Source: Alphaproteobacteria bacterium MarineAlpha5_Bin5 (GTDB lineage: Bacteria > Pseudomonadota > Alphaproteobacteria > HIMB59 > GCA-002718135). Taken from it: a stretch of 64,000 bases of DNA. The translations under genes were made by a program, and so were the position numbers. The DNA lies in contig PTKZ01000008.1 of the NCBI GenBank assembly GCA_002938205.1, forward strand, positions 1,081 to 65,080, given 5' to 3'. Below are positions 40,902 to 51,964 of this stretch, one piece after another; position 1 is the first letter of the stretch; each line of letters starts with the position of its first letter. Below the pieces are notes generated by a model. It ran no database searches, was not told the origin of the DNA, and was given only the letters and a program-made list of their open reading frames with translations.

Positions 40902-42200
40902 ATGTTTTTAAAAATAAAAATCATTAAAATATTTTTATTTATTCTTTTTGGTTATTTTATTTTTTTTTTAAATTATCAAAAAATTAATCTACAATTTAAT
41001 CAATTTGAATTAGATATTTCTAAAAATAAGACAAATTACTCACCAATTAAAATACACGAAGAAGAGCCGCAAAATAAAGAACTTGATGTGTCACTAAACG
41101 ATGTAAAGAAAAAGGATATTTACAAAGAAATAATTATAACTGTAAAAAAAAATCAAACTTTTGTAAATATTTTAAATCAATTTATAGAATCTAATAAAAT
41201 TAAATATGAAATAATAAATGAAATAAATAAGATTTTTGATTTACGTAAATTAAATATTGGTCAAGAAATAAGTTTTTTCATAAATAATTTAGATAAACTA
41301 GAAAAAATTAAATTTCCCATAGATTTTCAAACAAATTTAAATGTAAAAATTGTTGATGAGATTACTGTAAAAATAGTAAAATTAGACAAATATACTGAAA
41401 CACATTCAAAAGAATTCATTATAAAAGATTCTTTGTATTTAGACGGAATTAAGAATAAAATTCCTCAAGATATATTAATTAAAATAATACGATTGTTTAG
41501 TTTTGATTTAGATTTTCAAAGAGACATAAAAGCTAATACAAAAGTTTCAGTTTCATACGATGTATTATATGTAAAAGAGAGAAAGGAATTGAATTTTGGT
41601 GAAATAAATTATGCATTAATTTCAATTGGAAATAATAGTTTAGAATATTTCAAATTTATTACTGAAGATGGATATACTGATTATTATAATAGAGAAGGAA
41701 AAAATGTTAAAAAATCTTTGCTCAAAACACCTATTGATGGAGCAAAACTATCTTCAAACTTTGGCATGAGAAAACATCCAATCTCGGGATATAATAAAAT
41801 GCATAAAGGCGTAGATTTTGCTGCACCAATAGGTACTCCTATTTATGCTGGTGGTAATGGTATAATTGAATATGCTGGTAGAAATGGAGGTTATGGAAAT
41901 TATATTAGAATTAGACATAACAATGAATATAAAACTGCTTATGCACATTTAAGCAGTTTTAATAAAGGAATTAGTGTAGGTGTTAGAGTTACTCAAGGAC
42001 AAATAATTGGCTTCGTAGGAAATACTGGAAAATCAACAGGACCTCATCTACATTATGAAATAATATTTCAAAATAAACAAATTAATCCATTAAAACTTAA
42101 ATTACCTTCAGGAAAAGTTTTAAAAGATAATGAATTAAAAAGGTTTCAAAAAGAATACAAAGTAATTTATGCAAATCATTTAAACACTCTTTACGAGTAG
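40902..42200 (+). CDS. M23 family metallopeptidase (LytM-type), membrane anchored
   Basis: 432 aa with an N-terminal TM. HKGVDFAAPIGTPIYA and GNTGKSTGPHLHYEI are the Zn-binding motifs of M23. Confidence 0.88.
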   Translation: MFLKIKIIKIFLFILFGYFIFFLNYQKINLQFNQFELDISKNKTNYSPIKIHEEEPQNKELDVSLNDVKKKDIYKEIIITVKKNQTFVNILNQFIESNKIKYEIINEINKIFDLRKLNIGQEISFFINNLDKLEKIKFPIDFQTNLNVKIVDEITVKIVKLDKYTETHSKEFIIKDSLYLDGIKNKIPQDILIKIIRLFSFDLDFQRDIKANTKVSVSYDVLYVKERKELNFGEINYALISIGNNSLEYFKFITEDGYTDYYNREGKNVKKSLLKTPIDGAKLSSNFGMRKHPISGYNKMHKGVDFAAPIGTPIYAGGNGIIEYAGRNGGYGNYIRIRHNNEYKTAYAHLSSFNKGISVGVRVTQGQIIGFVGNTGKSTGPHLHYEIIFQNKQINPLKLKLPSGKVLKDNELKRFQKEYKVIYANHLNTLYE

Positions 42201-42201
42201 C

Positions 42202-42645
42202 TTATTTGATTGATCTTGCTCTTTTCTTTTTAACTGGATCTGACAAAAAAGGCACTGACTCTATAGATTCATCAGAAATCTCAGTTTCTGCTTGAACTTC
42301 TTTTTTTATATCTGAGGTATCTGGTTCTTGATTAGTTGTTTGATTATCAATATTTTGCTGATCTTCAACTTTGTTTTCATTCAAATTTAAATTTGAATTT
42401 TCGTCAATATTAATTCCAAGTTCAACCATTAAACGATAATAATGATCAGTAAATTGATAGTAATATTCAGCCTGTATTCTGTCTCCTGAGCTAAATGCCT
42501 CTTTAGCAAGTTTAATATACTTGTTATATTGTTGATTAATATTGCCTTTATTTTTACCTTTTGGATTAGAGAAATTAATATTTCTTTTAAAGCCTGTGCG
42601 CCTACTTGACTTAAACGTAACTCTTCCATTTTTTCTGCTATACAT
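42202..42645 (-). CDS. DUF4167 domain-containing protein
   Basis: 147 aa. Basic N-terminus, a conserved segment YNKYIKLAKEAFSSGDRIQAEYYYQFTDHYYRLM, and an acidic C-terminal tail. This is the pattern of alphaproteobacterial DUF4167. Confidence 0.65.
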   Translation of the reverse strand: MYSRKNGRVTFKSSRRTGFKRNINFSNPKGKNKGNINQQYNKYIKLAKEAFSSGDRIQAEYYYQFTDHYYRLMVELGINIDENSNLNLNENKVEDQQNIDNQTTNQEPDTSDIKKEVQAETEISDESIESVPFLSDPVKKKRARSIK

Positions 42646-42727
42646 ACAATTTTTTTCGTAAATTTACCAAAAACTCTAAATAATGTTTTTACTAGAATTT
42701 TCTATAATCTTTTATTTATTTTTAACT

Positions 42728-43558
42728 CTATATCTTTGAAAATACAAGAATTCTATCTTTTTTTTGTAAATCTTTAGATTTTTTAATTAATTTAAGGCCA
42801 GAATTATTAAAAATTTTAATACAATTAGAAGCTTGTTTTTCTCCAATTTCTAAAATCAGAAATGCATTTTTTTTCATTATATTGGGCAATTTTTTTGCAT
42901 AAGCTTTATAAAATGTTAGACCATCAAACCCTCCAAATAAAGCAATTTTAGGTTCAAATTTTTTGATATCATGATGGGTGCTTAAATATTCTTTTGTAGA
43001 TAAATACGGTGGGTTTGATACTATTAAATCAAAACTACCATATACTTTGCTAAAAGATAAAACCTTTGCTTCTATTTGATTGTTGCAACCATGTTTTAAA
43101 ATATTTTTTTTTGCTACCAAAATAGCTTTTTGAGAAATATCTATTGCTAGAATCTTAGAATTTAAAAACTCTTTAGCTAAAGAAACAGATAAGCAACCCG
43201 AACCTGTTCCAATATCCAAAATATTTAAATGTTTTTTTCTATTTTTTATATAATACAAACTCTCTTCAATAATAAATTCTGTTTCAGGTCTTGGATCAAG
43301 AACATTATAATTAACATAAAATTCATACTTCCAAAAATTTTTTTTATTCAGTATTTTTGAAATTGGCTCATGACCTAATCTTCTTGAAAGATATTTTTCA
43401 AATTTAATCTTATTTATTTCTTCTTCATTTAATGTACTCAAAAACAATTCATTGTTTTTCTTCTTAGAATTATTCAGTAAAATTCTAAGATCTAATTCTG
43501 GATTTAAGATATTTTGAGATTTTAGTTTTTTTAAACTTAATTTAACTAAATTACTCAT
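42728..43558 (-). CDS. prmC: Peptide chain release factor N5-glutamine methyltransferase PrmC/HemK
   Basis: 276 aa. SAM motif LDIGTGSG and catalytic NPPY. Overlaps the prfA stop by 8 nt. Confidence 0.9.
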   Translation of the reverse strand: MSNLVKLSLKKLKSQNILNPELDLRILLNNSKKKNNELFLSTLNEEEINKIKFEKYLSRRLGHEPISKILNKKNFWKYEFYVNYNVLDPRPETEFIIEESLYYIKNRKKHLNILDIGTGSGCLSVSLAKEFLNSKILAIDISQKAILVAKKNILKHGCNNQIEAKVLSFSKVYGSFDLIVSNPPYLSTKEYLSTHHDIKKFEPKIALFGGFDGLTFYKAYAKKLPNIMKKNAFLILEIGEKQASNCIKIFNNSGLKLIKKSKDLQKKDRILVFSKI

Positions 43559-44627
43559 TGCCTAATTCAGCTAATTTAACTGTTTCTTCATTGGTAATTA
43601 AGGGAGTAATAAGATCATCTAAATTACCTTCGAGAATTTCATCAAGATTATATAAAGTTAAATTAATTCTATGATCTGATACTCTGCCCTGGGGAAAGTT
43701 ATAAGTCCTTATTCTTTCAGAGCGATCTCCTGAACCTACTTGATTTTTTCGTTCTTGAGATCTTTCTTTATTTTTTTCTTGAATTTCATTATCCAATATT
43801 CTTGATCTTAATATTTTCATCGCTTTAGCTTTATTTTTATGTTGTGATTTTTCATCTTGTTGAGAAACCACTATTCCTGTTGGTATATGAGTAATTCTAA
43901 CTGCGCTATCGGTTGTATTAACTGATTGTCCTCCTGGTCCACTTGATCTAAATACATCAATTCTTAAATCTTTATCTTCTAGCTTTATATCTACTTCTTC
44001 TGCTTCTGGTAAAACAGCTACAGTTGCAGCTGATGTATGAACTCTTCCACTACTCTCAGTTGTAGGTACTCTTTGAACTCTGTGAACACCAGATTCAAAT
44101 TTCAGCTTCGAAAAAACATTATATCCGGAAATATTACAAATTACTTCTTTGATTCCCTTTAGACCAGTTTCAGATAAAGATAATACTTCAAATTTCCATT
44201 TGTTGATATCAGCATATTTTTGATACATTGAAAATAAATCTGCTGCAAATAAAGAAGCTTCATCTCCTCCAGTTCCGGCTCTTATTTCAAGAATTGAATT
44301 TTTATCATCATTTTTATCCTTTGGTATTAATAAACGCATCAATTTATCTTCCAAAAGTTTAATATTTTTCTTTTTTTCTATAAGCTCTTCATCAGCAATT
44401 TTTTTAATTGAAACATCATCATCATCTAGAAGTTTTTTTAAATCAGCAATTTCTTTTAATTCATTTTTATAATTACTAATTGTATTTACAATTGGTTTTA
44501 GATCGGCATATTCCTTATTTAATTTAATTAATTTTTCTGATTCAAATCCTGATTGATTATTTAATGAATTTTCAATCTCATTATATTTTTTAGTAATATT
44601 TTCAAATTGCTTTTCAAAATTTAGCAT
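43551..44627 (-). CDS. prfA: Peptide chain release factor 1
   Basis: 358 aa. GGQ motif (SGPGGQSVN), an RF1-type tripeptide region ([12 protein letters not shown]), and no frameshift. Confidence 0.95.
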   Translation of the reverse strand: MLNFEKQFENITKKYNEIENSLNNQSGFESEKLIKLNKEYADLKPIVNTISNYKNELKEIADLKKLLDDDDVSIKKIADEELIEKKKNIKLLEDKLMRLLIPKDKNDDKNSILEIRAGTGGDEASLFAADLFSMYQKYADINKWKFEVLSLSETGLKGIKEVICNISGYNVFSKLKFESGVHRVQRVPTTESSGRVHTSAATVAVLPEAEEVDIKLEDKDLRIDVFRSSGPGGQSVNTTDSAVRITHIPTGIVVSQQDEKSQHKNKAKAMKILRSRILDNEIQEKNKERSQERKNQVGSGDRSERIRTYNFPQGRVSDHRINLTLYNLDEILEGNLDDLITPLITNEETVKLAELGNE

Positions 44628-45856
44628 TTAATAATATTAATAATAGAATTAAAATCAACTGAATGCTGTTCGCTATTTTTTAGATTTTTTATGGTAAATT
44701 TTTGTTCTTTAAATTCATTTTCACCTATAATAATTATATGAGTTGCATTTTCATCATTTGCTTTTGATAGTGATTTTTTTAAATTATACTTATAATTCCA
44801 AAAAACTGAAAAATTGTTATCAACTAGCAAGTTGTATGCAAGAAAAGCGTATTCCTTATATCTCTCATCAAGAATAGCAAAATGTATCAAATTTGAATTT
44901 ATTTCTATATCTTTCATAAGTAAAATTATTCTTTCAATTCCACCAGCCCATCCTATACCCGGAATATTTTTTCCACCTAAGTTTTCTATTAACCCATCAT
45001 ATCTTCCACCACCGATTATTGTAGACTGACTACCAAGTGATTCTGTCTTAAATTCAAATACTGTGTGACAATAATAATCTAAACCTCTAACCAATGAATT
45101 ATCTTCATAAAATTTAACTTCTAAGTCTTTAAGTGATTTTTTTATTGATTGATAATGTTTCAATGATTCTTGATTTAAAAAATCTAAAATTACAGGTGCC
45201 TTCTCAATTATTTTTCTATCTTCTGGAATTTTTGAGTCTAAAATTCTTAAAGGATTAGTTTGAATTTTAGTCCGACTCTCATCTGATAAATGTTTTTTAT
45301 TATTATTAAAAAATTCAGATAAATTAAATTTATACATTTTAAGTGAATCTCTATCACCCAACGAATTTAAATATAAATTAATTTTAATATGAGGAAGCAA
45401 AAGTTTAAGTATTTTATAAGCTAAAAGAATTAATTCAACATCAGCAAATGAATTACTGGTTCCGAAAGTTTCAAAATTTATTTGACTAAATTGACGATAT
45501 CTGCCTTTTTGGGGCCGTTCTCTCCTAAACATTGGACCTATACCAAAAATTTTGCATGGTAATTTATTAAGTAAATTGTTTGAAATAGCAGCTCTTATCA
45601 TTGGGGTGGTGTATTCAGGCCTTAGTGTTAAAGATTCTCCCCCTCTATCAGCAAAGGTATACATTTCCTTTAAAACTACATCGCTTTGCTCGCCTAGTGG
45701 TTTTGTAAATAATTCTGTTGATTCAATTAAGGGAGTTTGTAATTCCCGAAAATCAAATGCATATGCTAAATTATGCACCGCTTCAATGATCTTATTATAT
45801 TTTTCAATATTTTTTCCTAAAATATCGTGCGTTCCTCTGACTGGTTGAATTTTCAT
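44621..45856 (-). CDS. hisS: Histidine--tRNA ligase
   Basis: 411 aa. N-terminal VRGTHDILG, class II motif 2 region [14 protein letters not shown], and motif 3 GGGRYDGL. Confidence 0.93.
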   Translation of the reverse strand: MKIQPVRGTHDILGKNIEKYNKIIEAVHNLAYAFDFRELQTPLIESTELFTKPLGEQSDVVLKEMYTFADRGGESLTLRPEYTTPMIRAAISNNLLNKLPCKIFGIGPMFRRERPQKGRYRQFSQINFETFGTSNSFADVELILLAYKILKLLLPHIKINLYLNSLGDRDSLKMYKFNLSEFFNNNKKHLSDESRTKIQTNPLRILDSKIPEDRKIIEKAPVILDFLNQESLKHYQSIKKSLKDLEVKFYEDNSLVRGLDYYCHTVFEFKTESLGSQSTIIGGGRYDGLIENLGGKNIPGIGWAGGIERIILLMKDIEINSNLIHFAILDERYKEYAFLAYNLLVDNNFSVFWNYKYNLKKSLSKANDENATHIIIIGENEFKEQKFTIKNLKNSEQHSVDFNSIINIIKC

Positions 45857-45863
45857 AATTACT

Positions 45864-46955
45864 TCAATGTTTTAAATTTTCAGATCTGTTTCTAATAATT
45901 TTTTCTAGATATGATACTAAATCAACATTTCTAACTCTGCGATCTTTTTTACCATCAATATACAACATATGTGTCCCATTACCTCCTCCTGTAATACCTA
46001 TGTCTGTCATCTGAGCTTCACCTGGTCCATTTACAACACACCCAATTATTGATACTGTCATACTATTTGTAATATCTTGAAGAGAATTTTCTAATTTTTT
46101 TACTGTTTCAATTACTGGAAATTGTTGCCTAGCACATGATGGGCAAGCAATAATTTTAATTCCTCTATTTCTTAAACCTAAGCTTTTAAGAATTTCAAAG
46201 CCAACCCTGACCTCTTCTTCCGGCTCATCAGATAATGAAACTCTTATAGTATCTCCAATTCCATTTAACAAAAGATTACCAATTCCTATAGAAGATTTTA
46301 TTGAACCTGTTCTTTTACCTCCCGCTTCAGTTATACCTAAATGTAAAGGATAATCACAAAGAGAAGCCAATTGTTTGTATGCTTTGATTGTCATGAATAT
46401 ATCTGAAGCCTTAACACTAATTTTAAAATTATAAAAATCATTATCTTCAAGAATTTTCATATTAAGCAAAGCACTTTCCACCAAAGCTTTTGGATTTGGT
46501 TCTGAAAACTTTTCTAAAACTTGTTTTTCCAAACTTCCAGCATTTACACCAATACGTATTGAGCAGTTATTATTTTTAGCTGCACTAATAACTTCTTTAA
46601 CCCTGACCTCTGAACCTATGTTGCCTGGATTGATTCTTAAACAAGCAGCTCCATTATCTGCAGCTTCTAGTGCTCTTTTATAATGAAAATGAATATCGGC
46701 AATTATAGGCACTTCACTTTCTTTAGTTATTATTTTCAAGGCATGGGTAGATTCCTCATCAGGTACTGAAACTCTTACTAAATCAGCTCCAATTTTTGTT
46801 GATCTTTCAATTTGCGCAATTGTTTCTTTGACATTACTAGTAATTGTATTAGTCATTGTTTGAACTGCTATAGGATTATCTCCACCTATAGCCACTTTAC
46901 CAACATTTATTACACGTGTTTTACGTCTATCTATTTTTTGATAGGATCTTAACAT
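45864..46955 (-). CDS. ispG: 4-hydroxy-3-methylbut-2-en-1-yl diphosphate synthase IspG
   Basis: 363 aa. LRINPGNIG, a CPSC cluster ligand, and GCVVNGPGE. Confidence 0.94.
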   Translation of the reverse strand: MLRSYQKIDRRKTRVINVGKVAIGGDNPIAVQTMTNTITSNVKETIAQIERSTKIGADLVRVSVPDEESTHALKIITKESEVPIIADIHFHYKRALEAADNGAACLRINPGNIGSEVRVKEVISAAKNNNCSIRIGVNAGSLEKQVLEKFSEPNPKALVESALLNMKILEDNDFYNFKISVKASDIFMTIKAYKQLASLCDYPLHLGITEAGGKRTGSIKSSIGIGNLLLNGIGDTIRVSLSDEPEEEVRVGFEILKSLGLRNRGIKIIACPSCARQQFPVIETVKKLENSLQDITNSMTVSIIGCVVNGPGEAQMTDIGITGGGNGTHMLYIDGKKDRRVRNVDLVSYLEKIIRNRSENLKH

Positions 46956-46958
46956 TAG

Positions 46959-47774
46959 TTAATTATTAAAATTACTATCTATAATAAAAGAATCAATTAC
47001 TTGCCCAATTTCCCCAACTCTACCTTTAACTTGTTTGTTAATCAAAACTAAAATGTTTCCTCCGTTACCAGCGGTTATTGAGTAGTTAAGATTTAATGCA
47101 TATGTAAATTCTTCGTTTTTATTCATAAGTTGGCTTAAAATAATATTATTATCTTTATCTCTTAATTGAAGCCATGTAGGATTAATCATTTTAAGAGTAA
47201 TTAAATTATCATTAATTAAATCATTAGAAATATTTGAAGAAGCTATTACGCTAGAAGAAACTATTGATCTCTCAATTTCAATTAAATTTTTTTTATTCAA
47301 ATCGTTAATATGATTTTGTTGACTTTGGATAATTTGAGCCTTTTCAATTATTGGATCAAACTCTTCTGGTAAATCTGGAATTAATGCATATTTTCTTGAA
47401 GAGTTTTCATTTTTTACAAAAAGAATATAAAAAGATGTAAAAATTATTATAATTGAAGTTAAAGAAAACATTTTTGTTAAATGCATACTGCTATTTTTTA
47501 AAAAAGGTTTCGGTATTTCTGTAATTTTAAAATTATTGTCATTTGAGTTTTGTAACTTAAATTGATCAACAATTTCTACTGAGTTGAGTTCTAAATATTT
47601 GGCATAAGATTTTATATGACCGACTATAAAAACTTCTCTAAAATCCTCAATTCTTTCATCTTTTTCAATTTTTTCTAAAATATATTTAGATATATTTAAT
47701 TCTAAAGCTACTTTATCCAATGATAGTTTTTTGGATAATCTTTTCTTTTTAATAACTTCACCTACATATTTCAT
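46959..47774 (-). CDS. rodZ: RodZ-like cytoskeleton protein (HTH-XRE, TM, DUF4115)
   Basis: 271 aa. N-terminal HTH, a central TM (LTSIIIIFTSFYILFV), and a C-terminal beta-rich domain. The conserved rodZ-ispG-hisS order matches E. coli. Confidence 0.75.
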   Translation of the reverse strand: MKYVGEVIKKKRLSKKLSLDKVALELNISKYILEKIEKDERIEDFREVFIVGHIKSYAKYLELNSVEIVDQFKLQNSNDNNFKITEIPKPFLKNSSMHLTKMFSLTSIIIIFTSFYILFVKNENSSRKYALIPDLPEEFDPIIEKAQIIQSQQNHINDLNKKNLIEIERSIVSSSVIASSNISNDLINDNLITLKMINPTWLQLRDKDNNIILSQLMNKNEEFTYALNLNYSITAGNGGNILVLINKQVKGRVGEIGQVIDSFIIDSNFNN

Positions 47775-47788
47775 AAAATAAGAATTAT

Positions 47789-48994
47789 TTATAAATTATA
47801 AACATCATGAAGAGATTTAACAGCTATATTTGTAAACTTTTCATCAATTAAAACACTAATTTTTATTTCAGAAGTAGAGATGGCTTGAATATTAATAGAA
47901 TTATTTGCTAAAGTTTTAAACATTTTTTCAGCTACTCCCGTTTGAGACATCATTCCCATTCCTATTACTGAAATCTTTGAAACATTCTTGTCAGTATGTA
48001 AAGATTTATATTTTAGAATTTTGATATTTTCTTCTAAAACTAATTTTGCAATATCATGATCTTTGCTTGATACGGTAAATGTTATATTGGCAAAAATGCC
48101 ATCTTGAGAAATATTTTGTACAATCATATCAACATTTATTTTATTTTGTGACATTAAACCAAAAATTTTTGCAGAGATTCCTGGTTGATCAGGAATGCCT
48201 GAAATAGTAATTTTTGATTCGTTTTTACTAAAACTTACAGCACTTACTATTTCTTTTTCAACTAAATTTTTCTCATCTATAATATAAGTTCCTTCTTTTT
48301 TAGTTAAAGAAGAAAGAACCTGTAAAGATAAATTATTTTTCATAGCTAGTTCAACAGATCTTGTTTGAAGTACTTTTGCTCCCATAGAAGCCATCTCTAA
48401 CATTTCTTCAAAAGATAACTGCGATATTTTTTTTGCTTTAACTTCAATATTTGGATCAGTTGTAAAAACACCTTCTACATCTGTATAAATATCACACCTT
48501 TCAGCTTTAAGTACTGAAGCAATAGCAACTGCTGTTGTATCTGAGCCACCTCTTCCAAATGAAGTAATGAATCCCTTGGAATTAACACCTTGGAATCCTG
48601 CTAATACAATCACATCAAATTGCTTAAAAAATAAATCAATTCTTTTTTTATCTATATTAAGTATTTTTGCTTTTTCATAATTTTCATCAGTTATAATTGG
48701 AATTTGCCAACCAAGAAGAGGTAAGGAGTTAATTTTTTTTCTTTTTAAAACGGAAGATAACAAACCGATAGTAACTTGTTCCCCAGAAGTGAGCACTAAA
48801 TCATTTTCTATTGAAGATTCAGAATGAATTTCATCTAAATATTTTTGGAGTTTATTTGTTTCTCCAGACATTGCTGATAAAACAACAATAATTTTATGAA
48901 ACTTAACTTCTTTTTCAACAATGTGAGCTACATTCTTTATTTTTTCTATGTTAGCAACAGAAGTGCCTCCGAATTTCATTACTATTATGCTCAT
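47789..48994 (-). CDS. lysC: Aspartate kinase
   Basis: 401 aa. IVMKFGGTSV N-terminus, GRGGSDTTA, and two C-terminal ACT domains. Confidence 0.94.
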   Translation of the reverse strand: MSIIVMKFGGTSVANIEKIKNVAHIVEKEVKFHKIIVVLSAMSGETNKLQKYLDEIHSESSIENDLVLTSGEQVTIGLLSSVLKRKKINSLPLLGWQIPIITDENYEKAKILNIDKKRIDLFFKQFDVIVLAGFQGVNSKGFITSFGRGGSDTTAVAIASVLKAERCDIYTDVEGVFTTDPNIEVKAKKISQLSFEEMLEMASMGAKVLQTRSVELAMKNNLSLQVLSSLTKKEGTYIIDEKNLVEKEIVSAVSFSKNESKITISGIPDQPGISAKIFGLMSQNKINVDMIVQNISQDGIFANITFTVSSKDHDIAKLVLEENIKILKYKSLHTDKNVSKISVIGMGMMSQTGVAEKMFKTLANNSINIQAISTSEIKISVLIDEKFTNIAVKSLHDVYNL

Positions 48995-49057
48995 TGACTA
49001 GTATTATTAATAAATTAAAAGTGGCTAATATTATTAATAGCATAAAAAACAAGGTTT

Positions 49058-49765
49058 ATGATGAATACAAGATCAAAATTGTCTGAATTTGAACATTTTA
49101 CCAAACTTGCAGACCAATGGTGGTCAGAAAGTGGAAAATTTAAAATTTTACATGATTTACAGCCATTAAGAGTTCAATACATTATTGATCAAATATGGCC
49201 AAAAAAAATTAATAAATTAAAAATTTTAGATCTTGGTTGTGGAGGTGGATTGGTATGTGAGCCACTAGCAAAACTTGGTGCAAATGTTACAGGTGTTGAT
49301 TTTGTTAAACAAAATATCGAAGCAGCTAAGATTCATGCAATGAAAAATAAATTAAAAATTAATTATATTCATAAAGATGTTAATGACATAAAATTAAAAA
49401 GCAGTTACGATGTAATTATTGCTTATGAAGTATTAGAGCATTTAAAAGATTGGCCCGATTTGATCAAAAAAATAAAGACACTTTTAAAAGCAAATGGGAA
49501 ATTAATAATATCTACAATAAATAGAAATTTTTTTTCAAAAATTATAGCTATTTATTTTGCTGAAAAAATCTTGAAATGGATTCCTGAAGATACGCATGAT
49601 TATAATAAATTTATTAAACCAAAAGAACTTGAAACAGTACTTCAAAGAGAAAATTTTAAAGTTAACAATTTTACTGGATTAGTATTTAACCCAATAGAAA
49701 ATATATGGAAACTTAATGCTAATAAAACAAAAATAAACTATTTTTGTAGTGCAAAATTAATTTAA
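49058..49765 (+). CDS. ubiG: Ubiquinone biosynthesis O-methyltransferase UbiG
   Basis: 235 aa. FEHFTKLADQWW and the SAM motif LDLGCGGGL. Confidence 0.88.
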   Translation: MMNTRSKLSEFEHFTKLADQWWSESGKFKILHDLQPLRVQYIIDQIWPKKINKLKILDLGCGGGLVCEPLAKLGANVTGVDFVKQNIEAAKIHAMKNKLKINYIHKDVNDIKLKSSYDVIIAYEVLEHLKDWPDLIKKIKTLLKANGKLIISTINRNFFSKIIAIYFAEKILKWIPEDTHDYNKFIKPKELETVLQRENFKVNNFTGLVFNPIENIWKLNANKTKINYFCSAKLI

Positions 49766-50178
49766 TTGGTTTTTCGCGTAGTGGGAAAAGGTAAAGGTAA
49801 AACATCAATATCTTCATCGAGAAGTTCTTTGGTTTGTTCTATTGTTGCTTCACCATAAATTAGCCGATCTTTTACCTCTCCATATTTTATTTTTTTTGCT
49901 TCTTCAGTAAATTTTTCTCCTACATAATCAAAATTTTCTTCTATAATTTTTTTATATTTTGATAAATTTGTAGCAATTGATTTTTTAATTTTTTTATCCT
50001 TACTGTTACTTTTTTTTGATACATTTGGCGCTGTTAAAGTTTTTTTTACAGAGATACTATTGCAACTTGGACAATTGATTAAATTACGTTTTTTTTGTGT
50101 TTCAAATTCTTTGGAACTATCAAACCATCCTTCAAATCTAACAGAGCAAACAGCACATTCTAAATTGAAAACAATCAT
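49762..50178 (-). CDS. DUF1178 family protein (zinc-ribbon N-terminus)
   Basis: 138 aa. The N-terminus MIVFNLECAVCSVRFEGWFDSSKEFETQKKRNLINCPSCNS matches the DUF1178 pattern (C..C...GWF....C..C). Confidence 0.7.
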   Translation of the reverse strand: MIVFNLECAVCSVRFEGWFDSSKEFETQKKRNLINCPSCNSISVKKTLTAPNVSKKSNSKDKKIKKSIATNLSKYKKIIEENFDYVGEKFTEEAKKIKYGEVKDRLIYGEATIEQTKELLDEDIDVLPLPFPTTRKTN

Positions 50179-50185
50179 ATAAATC

Positions 50186-50671
50186 CTATATTATATTATT
50201 TTTTGAATTTTCAATATCTTTTGCTTTATCAGCACATATTATTTCTAAATAATGAGAATTAGGTAGAAACTTAAAATTTACAATAGTTTTTTCAGGCAAA
50301 CAAACTCCCATATAGGGTAAAATGGAAAAATTAATGAATTCTTTATTATTTTCTGGTTTGAAAATATCAATTTTGATAATTTCCTTTAATGAAATTAACA
50401 AAGTATCATTGATTAATTTTTTTTTTAAAAATGATGAAGGTTTTTTAATAAAGATTATATTTGCAATAATATTCATTTCTCCGAAGTTTGCTTCTAACTT
50501 GTGCAAACAATCATCTTTTTGTATAAAAGTATAATTTTCAATTAATGGTTTAACTTTATCAATCAATTTATATTTTAAAGATTCTAAAAAATTAATCCCT
50601 TTTATTTTTTCATTTAAAAAATCTAACTGTTCCTGTATTATATTTTCAATTTGCTTATTTAAATTTTCCAT
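50186..50671 (-). CDS. Hypothetical protein
   Basis: 161-aa ORF in the tight same-strand string argJ / this ORF / DUF1178. I recognise no family motif. Confidence 0.5.
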   Translation of the reverse strand: MENLNKQIENIIQEQLDFLNEKIKGINFLESLKYKLIDKVKPLIENYTFIQKDDCLHKLEANFGEMNIIANIIFIKKPSSFLKKKLINDTLLISLKEIIKIDIFKPENNKEFINFSILPYMGVCLPEKTIVNFKFLPNSHYLEIICADKAKDIENSKNNII

Positions 50672-50674
50672 GTT

Positions 50675-51940
50675 TTAAGATCTGTAATCTGCGTTTATTT
50701 TAATGTATTTATAATTCAAATCATTACCATAAGCGGTTGAAGAGCAATTTCCAATTCCTAAATTTACATTAATTTTAATTATTTTATTTTTTATATATCT
50801 ATTTATTTTTTTTAAATCGATTTTTTTATAAATAGCACCTTTAGTACAAACTATATTTTTTCCGAAAGATATTGTTATTTTATTTTGGTTAACTTTTTCA
50901 AAAGATTTACCAATTGCCATAATTATTCTACCCCAATTTGCATCTTGTCCAGCAATTGCTGTTTTTACTAAGGCTGAATTTATAATTGAAAAAGCAATAT
51001 TATTAGCTTGATTTTTACTTTTTGCTTTAAATACATTTGCTTGAATTAATTTTGATAAACCTTCTCCATCTTTTATTACTTGTTGAGATAAGTTAAACAT
51101 TATATCATAAATAGCCGCAGATAGAATTTTAAAATTTTTTTGTTTTTTTAAATTAATATTTTTTTTATTTAAAGAAAAAAGCATTAAAGTATCACTTGTA
51201 GAAGTATCTCCATCAACACTAATAGAATTAAAAGTACTATTAAGATTTTTTTTTAATAATTTTTTTAGATTCAGATTTGATATTTTGCATTCAATAAAAA
51301 TATATGCCAGCATTGTGCCCATATTGGGCTGAATCATTCCTGAGCCTTTTGCAAATCCGTAGATATTAATAATTTCATTATCAATCAATAACTTATGAAC
51401 AGATGTCTTAGGATAAGTGTCGGTAGTCATTATTGCCTTAGCTGCATCAAGTATATGAGTTGTATCTTTGAAGTGTAATTTATTTATTTGATTAATAATT
51501 ATTTTCGGATCAAAAATTTCTCCAATAATGCCAGTTGAAGAAATTAAAATCTCATTTTTCTTGCATTTAATTTTTTTTGATAAAATGTTTGAATAATGTT
51601 TAATTATTTCTATACCCTTCTTACCCGTATGAGCATTTGCATTACCTGAATTAACAATGAGTGCTTTACATTTTCCATTGTTGTGTTTTTTATCCCAAAT
51701 TATTGGTGCAGAAGGGGTTGACGTTTTTGAATATACACACTCAACATTTACTAGACTATCAAAAATAATTATCAAAAGATCGTCATATTTTTTTTTGAAA
51801 CCTGCATGAAATGTATAAATTTTATTACCTTGGGGTTTAAAATTTTTATAATTCTTGGGTTTAAAAACTGAACCACTTTCAATAAATAATCTTTCGTTAC
51901 TACTTAATTGTAAATCCTTAGTAGAAGTCTTATGTTTCAT
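50675..51940 (-). CDS. argJ: Bifunctional ornithine acetyltransferase / N-acetylglutamate synthase ArgJ
   Basis: 421 aa. KGSGMIQPNMGTMLAYIF contains the autoproteolytic site before the T of TML. The C-terminal NADYRS is typical. Confidence 0.9.
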   Translation of the reverse strand: MKHKTSTKDLQLSSNERLFIESGSVFKPKNYKNFKPQGNKIYTFHAGFKKKYDDLLIIIFDSLVNVECVYSKTSTPSAPIIWDKKHNNGKCKALIVNSGNANAHTGKKGIEIIKHYSNILSKKIKCKKNEILISSTGIIGEIFDPKIIINQINKLHFKDTTHILDAAKAIMTTDTYPKTSVHKLLIDNEIINIYGFAKGSGMIQPNMGTMLAYIFIECKISNLNLKKLLKKNLNSTFNSISVDGDTSTSDTLMLFSLNKKNINLKKQKNFKILSAAIYDIMFNLSQQVIKDGEGLSKLIQANVFKAKSKNQANNIAFSIINSALVKTAIAGQDANWGRIIMAIGKSFEKVNQNKITISFGKNIVCTKGAIYKKIDLKKINRYIKNKIIKINVNLGIGNCSSTAYGNDLNYKYIKINADYRS

Positions 51941-51964
51941 ATGATATCAGCCATTTAACATAAA

